64,000 bases of DNA from Caldisericia bacterium (GTDB lineage Bacteria > Caldisericota > Caldisericia > UBA6126): contig DAOSES010000005.1 of the NCBI GenBank assembly GCA_035363255.1, positions 5,436 through 69,435 of the forward strand, written 5' to 3'. The translations under genes were made by a program, and so were the position numbers. The notes under the pieces are model-generated. The model was not told where the DNA came from. It ran no database searches and saw only the letters and a list, made by a program, of their open reading frames with translations. Positions 1 through 8,643 of this stretch are shown here, piece by piece (within the stretch, counting starts at the first letter, position 1; each line of letters opens with the position of its first letter).

Positions 1-572
1 ATAGTCGAGATTATGCAGACAAGTCAAAACCCAGCATCTTCATTACCGAGATCAGCTCCTCGGGTCCCAGCATGAGCTTCAAAATCGATTTAGTTTATGA
101 AGAGCCCTGGCTGGAAGTTAATCCATCAAAACTCAGCTTTGGAGAAATCGAAAAAGGCAAAAAACTTGCTCGTTCATTTCAACTCCAAAACAAGGGCACA
201 AGCACCCTGCGATCCGAAATCACCACTGATTACAATTGGATCAAGCTTTCTGAATCCCTGGTTTTTGGAAATGAAGCGGAGCTTCAGGTCACAGTGGACA
301 CTTCCAACATGACCCTTGGTTTCAACCAGGGTACCATTGATATCAACTCCAATGGAGGCAAACGTAAAGTCAGCATTGAAGTTGAAGTAATTCGAAAATA
401 TGGCGATCTCAATGGAGACAACAAGGTGGACGACCAGGATTGGGCCGTTTTTCGAAGAGCTTATGGCAGCCGAAAGGGAGATCCAAACTACCAGACATCT
501 GCCGATTTTAATAAAGATGAACTCATTAATCTTTTGGATTTACATATTTTTTCCGGGAATTATGTTCCCTGA
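1..572 (+). CDS. 3'-end of a secreted protein gene (5'-truncated by the window edge) ending in a dockerin-like Ca-binding module
   Basis: The frame of ORF 72..572 is open back to nt 3 with no stop, so the gene very likely begins upstream of the window. The C-terminus has two dockerin-type 12-residue loop segments (DLNGDNKVDDQD..., ADFNKDELINLLDL...), each followed by a hydrophobic helix. Confidence 0.6.
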   Translation, partial: SRDYADKSKPSIFITEISSSGPSMSFKIDLVYEEPWLEVNPSKLSFGEIEKGKKLARSFQLQNKGTSTLRSEITTDYNWIKLSESLVFGNEAELQVTVDTSNMTLGFNQGTIDINSNGGKRKVSIEVEVIRKYGDLNGDNKVDDQDWAVFRRAYGSRKGDPNYQTSADFNKDELINLLDLHIFSGNYVP

Positions 573-639
573 ACAAGCTGAACCTCGACTGCTTTTTTCT
601 GTGCTATCTCTGATTTTTTAGATAGTCATCCAAATCCCC

Positions 640-1206
640 ATGACCTCCCTTCATCGATCGCAGGAAACAAAGCTCATCCAAAGGTGTAAAAAGGGTGATG
701 CTGAAGCCATGACGATCATCTATGAGTCCTTTAGCGAAGAGCTCCTACGCTCTGCTATTCTATTGTGTAAAAACTTGGACGATGCACAGGATATGGTGTC
801 CCAGGCTTTTATCTTATTCTTTAAATCGATCGATCGGTTTAATACCGACTACCCCCTTCGACCCTGGTTGCATCGAATATTGAAAAATGAAGCTATGACT
901 CTTTTTCAGAAACGAAGTCGAGGATTTGCATCCGAAGAAGATATAAAAATAAATTTAAATAGTTCTGAACCAAATGGGGAGGAAGAAGTATTTACTGCAG
1001 AGGAGACTAGATATTTAAAGGAGGCAATGGAGCAATTGAAGGAAGAAGAACGGTGGATACTTCAGGCATATTATTTTCAGGAATTGAGCATCAAAGATCT
1101 TGCCATAAGTCTTGAAATACCTGAAGGAACAGTAAAAAGCAGGTTATTTAATGCCCGTGCTTCTTTAGCCAAAAAAATACAAGCTCTAATGCAAAAACAA
1201 CTATGA
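640..1206 (+). CDS. ECF-family RNA polymerase sigma factor (sigma-70 regions 2 and 4)
   Basis: 188 aa. Region 2-like segment (DAQDMVSQAFILFFKSIDRFN...RPWLHRILKNEAM). C-terminal region 4 HTH (LSIKDLAISLEIPEGTVKSRLFNARASLAKK). Its stop overlaps the next start (ATGA). Confidence 0.85.
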   Translation: MTSLHRSQETKLIQRCKKGDAEAMTIIYESFSEELLRSAILLCKNLDDAQDMVSQAFILFFKSIDRFNTDYPLRPWLHRILKNEAMTLFQKRSRGFASEEDIKINLNSSEPNGEEEVFTAEETRYLKEAMEQLKEEERWILQAYYFQELSIKDLAISLEIPEGTVKSRLFNARASLAKKIQALMQKQL

Positions 1207-3524
1207 AAAACCACGACAAACTTTGCCATAAACTGCAAGAAACTCTTCTATTGCATGGCAAGCAGTCCTTATCTCCTCGCTTGTCTCAGCATCTACTCTC
1301 TTGCAGAGAATGTCAGGAATTCTTGCAAGGCGAAGAACTTCTACAAGCTTTTAAAACTGAGCTTAAGACTCGATCTCTCAAGCTTGATCCCGCCCATGAT
1401 TTTGAGGTTCGCAATACAATCGTAGCCACTGCTCTACGTTTGCAAAATACCAAATCCAGCCATGTATGGTGGAAAAAACCAGCGATATCATTAGTGTCTT
1501 TTGTTTTGCTTCTTGGTCTGTTTTGGGGCACTTGGCCCATACTGAGCAATTACCCTATATGGGACTATCAAGTGCAAGAAAAAATCACACAGCTTTTGAA
1601 CGATGAAACCTTGAGTGTAGCATCCCCAGAAGCTGATAGAGCTGTTTCCATGCGAGCTGTTGATGCAGAAAAGGACACAGATCAATTGTTAAGATTTGCT
1701 AGCTGGGCTCTTCCAGGCGCTGAAAGTCAAAAAGCATTTTGGACTTCCGATCAAGAGATGGCGCAACGTTTTTATTGGATATGGATTCGCTTTCTTTCCG
1801 AAAAAAGTCAGCAATCCTACCTCAAAGTCCAGCAATTGCTTGATACTCATGGCGACACTAAAGCAGTGCGAATGCTCAAATTACCCCTACGCAAAACAGT
1901 TAAGGAATTTGAGAAATACCTCAAACCCTTCCGTCTTGGACCCAAAGATGAAGCCTTCGAGGCAGATGTCTTGGTTTTATCCGTTAATCTTAAACAAGCC
2001 TTGATTCGAGTGGATGCATTAGACGAACCACTGCACCTTGATCCAGTGCTTCTCAATCAGATGTATCCTGGAAAAATGCTTCGACTTACCATCAAGAAAG
2101 AAAATTCTTTATACTATGTGCTTGCGCTTTCTGAGCCTTTGCTTTCTTCCAGTCTTATTGAAGGAGCAATCAGCAGTGTAAACCAACAACAAATTATCAG
2201 TAGTAGTTTTTCCAATCCTCTGGAACTGAATGAAAAAACTTTTTTCAACAATATTAGTCAAGCAGAACTAAAAGCCAACACTGAAGATATTTACTGGTTA
2301 CGAGTCTTGTTTACTGATGATACAGCCCATGTTTTAAGCTTAAACCGACGAGGACATCCCTTCCAACAGACCCTGAGTGGTACTATCGATCGCATGAGTT
2401 CCTACGGTTTTACGCTAAAAGACTACCCTCTACATTTTTATTTTACCTCTCCTCCACTTATTTTTCCCTCCACTTATTCCCTTAACGAAATTGCTAATCG
2501 TAGTTTTTGGATTACGGTGGATGGCATCCAATATGAGGATCAGGTTCGTCTAACAAAGATACAAGTACTTGAAAACCCCCTGGATCCCTTTCCCGATCAA
2601 GACTACCTCCTGGCTTCAGCTAATTCGGAAAAACCCCTTCTTTCCTCTCCTGCTCAAGGTCCTATCGAAAAACGACAGGGTGGTTCATTGAGATCCCCTC
2701 TTGCTTCTTCATCCAAAGAATCAAACAGTTTAAACTTGGATTACATCATAGGGACAACGGGCCACACTCTTCATCTCGCTTCAGGAAAGAATATCACCTA
2801 CAAATCATCTTACCTTGCTCCTGGCTCCAAAATTCAATGGGAAGGATCTGTTTCTGAAATTTTATCCAGCCCAGAGATTGCGCTTGGTCGATGGAAAACC
2901 CTGCAATCTTCGTATCGTTTGATCAACCGATTCGACAATGGAGTTCTTGTGCTACGTTTAAAAGAGGACAGCAAACCCCTCTATATCTATACCTCCGAGA
3001 AGATTCCCGATGAAGGAATTTTGCAGGCAAAAGTCGTAGAACACGAACATCTCCTCATTGCAGTTGAAAGCAGAAGCTTTACTCTTTCTCACGTATTGAG
3101 TGTTCGAGGAACTGTAGTGCAAACCATGAACAAAGAAAGCAGTTTTCTTCTTGATAATGGAACCATGTTTGTGATCGATGAGTTAAGTCAGATTATTCAT
3201 GGTCCCATATGGCACGGAAGCACTGTTGTCGTCAAAGGCACTATGATTGATCAGGTTTTTAAAGCTTTTATTGTTGAAGTGGAAAGTGAAGAGCTTATTT
3301 TTACTGGCTTAATCGTATCTATCGACCACGATCAAGGTCTGATACATCTCGATTCTGGTGCGAGCATCTTCATCAACGACAAGACCGTTTTTTCTTTCCC
3401 CAGATCTTCGCTTAAAGTGGGTTCTGCGGTGCTTATCAGAGCGCGAAGAGAAGCCTCCAGCTTTATTGCTGTAGAGATCCTCGACGCCAAGGACCATGTG
3501 TCGGACAAAGGAGCAAACACATGA
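1203..3524 (+). CDS. anti-sigma factor: zinc-finger anti-sigma domain, one TM helix and a ~650-aa extracytoplasmic domain
   Basis: N-terminal H..(x)..CRECQEF zinc-binding anti-sigma motif, followed by the hydrophobic segment ISLVSFVLLLGLFWGTWPIL. Translationally coupled to the ECF sigma gene by a 4-nt overlap. The rest of the protein has no recognisable family. Confidence 0.65.
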   Translation: MKNHDKLCHKLQETLLLHGKQSLSPRLSQHLLSCRECQEFLQGEELLQAFKTELKTRSLKLDPAHDFEVRNTIVATALRLQNTKSSHVWWKKPAISLVSFVLLLGLFWGTWPILSNYPIWDYQVQEKITQLLNDETLSVASPEADRAVSMRAVDAEKDTDQLLRFASWALPGAESQKAFWTSDQEMAQRFYWIWIRFLSEKSQQSYLKVQQLLDTHGDTKAVRMLKLPLRKTVKEFEKYLKPFRLGPKDEAFEADVLVLSVNLKQALIRVDALDEPLHLDPVLLNQMYPGKMLRLTIKKENSLYYVLALSEPLLSSSLIEGAISSVNQQQIISSSFSNPLELNEKTFFNNISQAELKANTEDIYWLRVLFTDDTAHVLSLNRRGHPFQQTLSGTIDRMSSYGFTLKDYPLHFYFTSPPLIFPSTYSLNEIANRSFWITVDGIQYEDQVRLTKIQVLENPLDPFPDQDYLLASANSEKPLLSSPAQGPIEKRQGGSLRSPLASSSKESNSLNLDYIIGTTGHTLHLASGKNITYKSSYLAPGSKIQWEGSVSEILSSPEIALGRWKTLQSSYRLINRFDNGVLVLRLKEDSKPLYIYTSEKIPDEGILQAKVVEHEHLLIAVESRSFTLSHVLSVRGTVVQTMNKESSFLLDNGTMFVIDELSQIIHGPIWHGSTVVVKGTMIDQVFKAFIVEVESEELIFTGLIVSIDHDQGLIHLDSGASIFINDKTVFSFPRSSLKVGSAVLIRARREASSFIAVEILDAKDHVSDKGANT

Positions 3525-5158
3525 AAAAAATTCAAAGTTTATTTCTTGTGATCGTATTTCTCTTTTCAGCAAACACGATGACGAGAGCCAAACAAGAATC
3601 TCGCCTAAGTGTTTTTATTGAAAAGCCTTTTTTTGGGGAGGCCTCTGCCTTTCGTTTTTTAATGGATTCGTTACCCTTTCAGCTTGAAACAGAAACCATT
3701 ATCATTAGCTTCCCTTCCAACTATCAATTTCAGATCGATATTCAGAGCAAAGATCTCCTCCTGGGTGAAGGCGTAGAATTACTTTCACTTACTCTCTTAA
3801 ATTCCAATAGCCTTGAGTTGAAAGCTGTTTTTAATCCTACCCAAGCACTGGATTTTAAGATCTTGCAAAGTGCAGGTATCACCAATCCATTAGAATGGAA
3901 CAAATCATCTGTTTTTGCTCTACAATTTTTAAACAACAACTTTGTCGTGTTATCATCAGCAGTTCCGCTCCGAGCCCCCAATAACACTATCGTTGTATCT
4001 CCATCAGCACAACCTTCCAAGGGTGAAATCTGGCTCAAGCAGTCTATTGAACTTACCTTGAGCTCAACAACAAGCCCCGAAATCAGATATTCCTTGAATC
4101 AAGGCAAAGAATATGTCTATCACGAATCGCTAAAGCTTTCCGAGGGTGTTCATGAGTTGACTTATTATGGAGTTCGAACAAGCGGAGCCAAAGAAAGCTT
4201 GAAAATAGAAACTTTTTACATTGACATCAGCCCTCCACAGGTGAAAGTGCTTTCGCCCCAAAACAATCATCTTAGCAACAAATCTCAGCTTGAGGTATTG
4301 TTTGAGATTCAAGACCTGTCCCCTACTCGACTAATCATCAATCAAACTGGAGAATACCTGGTACCGAAAGAGGGACGACTTGGTATCAAATACGAGCTAA
4401 AACCTGGGCGCAACACGATAAATTACAAAGTGATTGATTCTGCAAATCATCTGTTCGAATCCACCCTTACCCTTTTTCTTGATGTAACTCCTCCCTATCT
4501 TGTTATTCTTTCCCCTCAACGCGATGAAGTCATATGTACCTCAAAAGTCGATATCACTGGCAAAGCAGAGCTTGACAGTCAGGTATGGATTGGGGATATT
4601 CCCGTCAAACTTGACTCCTATGGCAATTTTTCCCTTCAATGGACCCCAAAAGAGGGCATCAACCAACTCCTGGTGAGAGCTTTGGATAAGGCAGGAAATG
4701 AAAGCAGGCGAGACTTGCAGTTTATGGTGTTTCCAGGGATGGCTATCGAAGCCTGGATCGGTCAAAATCAGGCAAAAGTCAATGGAAAAGATAAAGAAAT
4801 CAATCCCGCTCCCTTCATCGACCGTATGAGCAATGAAGTTTATTTTCCGCTTCGTTTCATTGCCGAAACCTTGTCCTACGAACTCCTTTGGGTGGCTCAG
4901 GGCTCTTATGTTTCCATGAAAAAAAACACTTGGGAAATACGGCTTAGGCCATTAGATCCTTTGGTTCAAATAAGAAACTCAGAACAGGTTGAAGATGTGC
5001 GTTTACAATATGTTCCTACGGTATATCAAGGATCCACCATGATCCCAGCAGAATTTATCAAACGTATCCTTGGGGGTGATGTGATTTTTGATACCACTGC
5101 CAAAAAAACCATCCTTCATTTTTGTGAAAAAACACCTTCTTCAGAAATAAGGAAATGA
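3521..5158 (+). CDS. secreted surface protein: signal peptide, Ig-like domains, two C-terminal Cu_amine_oxidN1-like wall-binding repeats
   Basis: Signal peptide MKKIQSLFLVIVFLFSANTMTRA. Ig-like segments with the ...LVRALDKAGNES... pattern. C-terminus VNGKDKEINPAPFIDRMSNEVYFPLRFIAETLSYEL plus a second degenerate copy. 4-nt overlap with the upstream gene. Confidence 0.7.
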   Translation: MKKIQSLFLVIVFLFSANTMTRAKQESRLSVFIEKPFFGEASAFRFLMDSLPFQLETETIIISFPSNYQFQIDIQSKDLLLGEGVELLSLTLLNSNSLELKAVFNPTQALDFKILQSAGITNPLEWNKSSVFALQFLNNNFVVLSSAVPLRAPNNTIVVSPSAQPSKGEIWLKQSIELTLSSTTSPEIRYSLNQGKEYVYHESLKLSEGVHELTYYGVRTSGAKESLKIETFYIDISPPQVKVLSPQNNHLSNKSQLEVLFEIQDLSPTRLIINQTGEYLVPKEGRLGIKYELKPGRNTINYKVIDSANHLFESTLTLFLDVTPPYLVILSPQRDEVICTSKVDITGKAELDSQVWIGDIPVKLDSYGNFSLQWTPKEGINQLLVRALDKAGNESRRDLQFMVFPGMAIEAWIGQNQAKVNGKDKEINPAPFIDRMSNEVYFPLRFIAETLSYELLWVAQGSYVSMKKNTWEIRLRPLDPLVQIRNSEQVEDVRLQYVPTVYQGSTMIPAEFIKRILGGDVIFDTTAKKTILHFCEKTPSSEIRK

Positions 5159-5166
5159 GGTGTAGC

Positions 5167-8100
5167 ATGAAAAAAGTTCTATCTTTACTGTTACTTGTCA
5201 TCTTGCTGATGGGCACATCACCTGTGAATGCCCAGGAACCTGCAAGAATAGTCATTTCTCCGAATGTTCAATGCCTGCAATTGGGTGAACAAGTCACTCT
5301 TACGGCCCAAGCTTATGATGCAAGTGGAGCATTGATACCAGGGGCTGCTTTTGATTGGTCCTTGCAAGGGCCAGGGAGCTTGTCTTCCAGCAGTGGATCG
5401 ACCGTCACCTATCAAGCCAATCGTGATGGGCAGGTAGTGATAACGGTTCGCTCTGGAACGGTAAGCGCGAGTATTCGTTTTTCTGTGGGCAGTGGAAAAG
5501 TCAGCAATGTCCAGGCTCGAGTCGATCCAGATACTGCTGGTGCAGTGGCTGAATACTACATTTTTTTTGAAACAGATGATTGTGGCATCCTGGAAGCAGG
5601 CGATCAAATATATGTGGCTTTTCCTATAGGCACGATTCTTCCCAATTATTATCATTGTAGTACGGTGACCGTCAACGGAATGATAGCCTCCTATGAGGTA
5701 CGAGAATCCAGCGATCGATCTAAAAGTCCTATTCTTATCATCACCATCCCCAACAATTTTCGTCCTTCTTCATCCATTTATATACGAGTATGCAAAGTAA
5801 TTAATCCCCGTGGTGGCAGTTGTTACGTCCTGGCGGTTGCTACCAGCAGACAAACTCAGTGGGTGCTTTCTTCACCCTATTCCATCCGTGGATCTATCAT
5901 TAGTCCTCCCATGGTGGAAGTTAAGCCTGATATTGCGGGAGAAACAGCTGTTTATAAGATCACTTTTAAAACTTCTAATTCAGGTCGTTTGTCAGGGTGT
6001 TATGGTAGTTTCATTATGGTGGAATTTCCAGTCGGAACCAGGATGCCTCGTGAGATATTACCCGAACACATTATGGTCAACCGGGTGCCAAGCTGTCCTC
6101 ATATCAAACCGGAAATCAATGGACGTACTGTTAAAATTTTCCCTCAGATGGTAGTTATTGAAGACTCCGATGTCGAGATTGAATTTACCCTCGAAGCAGG
6201 CTTTGGCAATCCCGAAAAACCCGACGATTATCAGTTGGCGGTATGGACTTCTTCTGACACCATACGAGTTCTTTCACGTTCGTATAAAATCAGGGCATCT
6301 ACTATCGAAGATTTGCAAGTCGAGGTGGATAAGCCATTTATTCAAACTCCTTCAGCCTATACTATTCGCTTCAAGACAGGACTGGTAGGGCGATTGGGTA
6401 TCGGTGCTTTGATAACCATCTATTTCCCCTCTTCCATGACGATGCCAAGTCCAGTCAGACCAGGAAGTATCAAGATCAATGGGGTTCCCACCATCAAAAA
6501 TCCCATCTTTGACGGAAAAACCATATTGCGTATTCCCACTCCCGTTGAGATCGAAGCACGTAGCCAAGTCGAAATTGTCATCAGTGAAGAGTTTGGTCTC
6601 ATTAATCCTCCCGATCCAAGACGTTATTTTCTTGAAGTGCAGACAGCAAAAGAAGGTACATTGGTTAAATCAAATGAGTTTGTGATTGGTCCAAGCGTGG
6701 TTGGAGAGGTTTCAGTTCGTCTGAGCATGCCCTATATTGGAGTTGCAAGCGCTGTTGAGTTGTCTTTTGTTTCTGGTGGTGGCGGTAAAATGACTGCTGA
6801 GAAAGATAGAATTTTCATTGTTTTCCCCAAAGGCACTCACATCCCCAATGCAATCCAAAAAAGCGCTATCACCATCCAGGGGCAAAGCATACCCGTTACC
6901 CCATTTATAAAGAAAGACATCGGAGAAATCATGCTCCATGTCCCTGTTGACATTCCAGCCCAGAGCAAGGTAGTCGTGCGATTTGAAGAAAGCGCAGGTC
7001 TGCTCAATCCGTCTCAGACAGGTTTTTATCGATATCAAGTGGCTACATCCAGGGAAGTCTCCTACATACAATCCCCTCCCATTGAAATCACAGAATCCAC
7101 TGTGCGTTTTGTCCAAGTAAAAGTACTTCACAATACGATCAAAGAGCTCAGTCGTATGAGTATCTCTTTCCAACTGGGGGATGCTGGAAAGCTCGAGAAG
7201 AACGATCGTATTCGTTGTTTTTTTGATGCAGGATTTGTTTTTCCAGACAGCATAGACAAAGGAATCATATTGAATAGCGTACCATTAGATCCTTCTGATA
7301 TCATAGTGGATGCCTCAAGAGATATGATTGAAATACGCTTGAACGAGGAATACCCTGAAGGTAGTTTGATGAGTCTTGAAATCCAGGAAAGCGCCGGAAT
7401 CAGAAATCCAGCCCAGGCAGGAATGCATCAGATAGGCATTTCAAGTAGCAGTGAAACCCGAACCATAGCTTCTCCCGAATTTCGCATCATTCCCTTACCC
7501 AGCACAGAATATGCTCTGGATCCAATGATCCCTGATGGTCAAAATGAATGGTACATTTCTGAACCAAGCTTGACCCTGAATATAGACACAGAAGACAAAG
7601 AACGAGCTGAAAGCTATGTTTCCATCAATGGATCCGAATGGAGCAAATACACTGAGCCTATATCTTTTGCTTCTGGAGAATACTTGATTGAGTTCTACAG
7701 TCAACATAGCGATTCTGCAAAAGAACAAAAACAGAGCATTTCGATCAAAGTGGACACCAAAGCTCCCATTATTCAGCTTAGCGAAAAAACCGTCTATACC
7801 AATAAAGGCAATTACAAGCTTTCTCTTGCCATTATCGAGTCCTGGTTTGATTATGCAATGGTAGGAGAGCAGAGAATCGATTCCCTGATTGAAGGTAGAT
7901 TGATTGCAAATGTATCTCTTCAGGAAGGTGAAAACAAGCTCATCATACTAGTGTATGATCTTGCGGGACATCGGAGTGAAGAGCATCTAACCCTGGTATT
8001 GGACACCCAGGCTCCCAAGCTTGAAATCTCACAACCTCTACCCTGGTCGAAATCGATTCGAAGCAGAATCTGGATAAGTGGAACCACGGATCCCGATGCT

Positions 8101-8643
8101 GAAATTTTCTGTAATGACAAACCCTTGCGACACATCGAGGGTAGCTTCGAAGGTTTTATTCCTCTTCTTCCTGGCCTGAACGCTTTAAATTTTCTTGCCG
8201 TGGATCGTGCAGGAAATGAAAAAAAATATACTCTTCCCGTCCAGTATGCTGAAAAATTCCAAGCTGAGATTTTTATCGACAAAACCAAAGCTCAAAGCAG
8301 TTTTGGGGAAATTCATTTTGATGCTCCGCCCTTTATTGAAAAGTCATATACCATGGTTCCTCTGAGAGTTTTTGCTGAACTTTTAGGCTATCAGATTGAA
8401 TTTGAGCCAGTTTTTCAAATCATCACCATGAGTGAGTTTGGAGGAAAAACTATTCGTGCCCAGGTAGGCAACACCATTTTTACAGTGAACGATCAAAAGA
8501 AAACCTTAGCTGTTGCTCCTATGATTCGCAATGGCAGAACCTTTGTACCTTTGCGTTTCTTTGCGGAAGAATTTGGTTTTGAAGTATCTTATCGAAAGGA
8601 AAGTCACAGCGTATTATTAACATACCATGAACCTACTGAGTAG
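5167..8643 (+). CDS. large secreted surface protein (~1158 aa): Big_2 domain, ~5 copies of the ~135-aa KNP module, conserved C-terminal cassette with 2x Cu_amine_oxidN1
   Basis: Probable start at ATG 5167 (MKKVLSLLLLVILLMGTSPVNA signal peptide); the ORF track begins at 5155. Big_2-like segment IVISPNVQCLQLGEQVTLTAQAYDASG.... Module ends VINPRGGSCYVL, FGNPEKPDDYQL, LINPPDPRRYFL, LLNPSQTGFYRY, IRNPAQAGMHQI. C-terminus has WYISEP...KVDTKAPII, an Ig-like domain and two FVPLRFFAEEFG-type repeats. Confidence 0.8.
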   Translation: MKKVLSLLLLVILLMGTSPVNAQEPARIVISPNVQCLQLGEQVTLTAQAYDASGALIPGAAFDWSLQGPGSLSSSSGSTVTYQANRDGQVVITVRSGTVSASIRFSVGSGKVSNVQARVDPDTAGAVAEYYIFFETDDCGILEAGDQIYVAFPIGTILPNYYHCSTVTVNGMIASYEVRESSDRSKSPILIITIPNNFRPSSSIYIRVCKVINPRGGSCYVLAVATSRQTQWVLSSPYSIRGSIISPPMVEVKPDIAGETAVYKITFKTSNSGRLSGCYGSFIMVEFPVGTRMPREILPEHIMVNRVPSCPHIKPEINGRTVKIFPQMVVIEDSDVEIEFTLEAGFGNPEKPDDYQLAVWTSSDTIRVLSRSYKIRASTIEDLQVEVDKPFIQTPSAYTIRFKTGLVGRLGIGALITIYFPSSMTMPSPVRPGSIKINGVPTIKNPIFDGKTILRIPTPVEIEARSQVEIVISEEFGLINPPDPRRYFLEVQTAKEGTLVKSNEFVIGPSVVGEVSVRLSMPYIGVASAVELSFVSGGGGKMTAEKDRIFIVFPKGTHIPNAIQKSAITIQGQSIPVTPFIKKDIGEIMLHVPVDIPAQSKVVVRFEESAGLLNPSQTGFYRYQVATSREVSYIQSPPIEITESTVRFVQVKVLHNTIKELSRMSISFQLGDAGKLEKNDRIRCFFDAGFVFPDSIDKGIILNSVPLDPSDIIVDASRDMIEIRLNEEYPEGSLMSLEIQESAGIRNPAQAGMHQIGISSSSETRTIASPEFRIIPLPSTEYALDPMIPDGQNEWYISEPSLTLNIDTEDKERAESYVSINGSEWSKYTEPISFASGEYLIEFYSQHSDSAKEQKQSISIKVDTKAPIIQLSEKTVYTNKGNYKLSLAIIESWFDYAMVGEQRIDSLIEGRLIANVSLQEGENKLIILVYDLAGHRSEEHLTLVLDTQAPKLEISQPLPWSKSIRSRIWISGTTDPDAEIFCNDKPLRHIEGSFEGFIPLLPGLNALNFLAVDRAGNEKKYTLPVQYAEKFQAEIFIDKTKAQSSFGEIHFDAPPFIEKSYTMVPLRVFAELLGYQIEFEPVFQIITMSEFGGKTIRAQVGNTIFTVNDQKKTLAVAPMIRNGRTFVPLRFFAEEFGFEVSYRKESHSVLLTYHEPTE

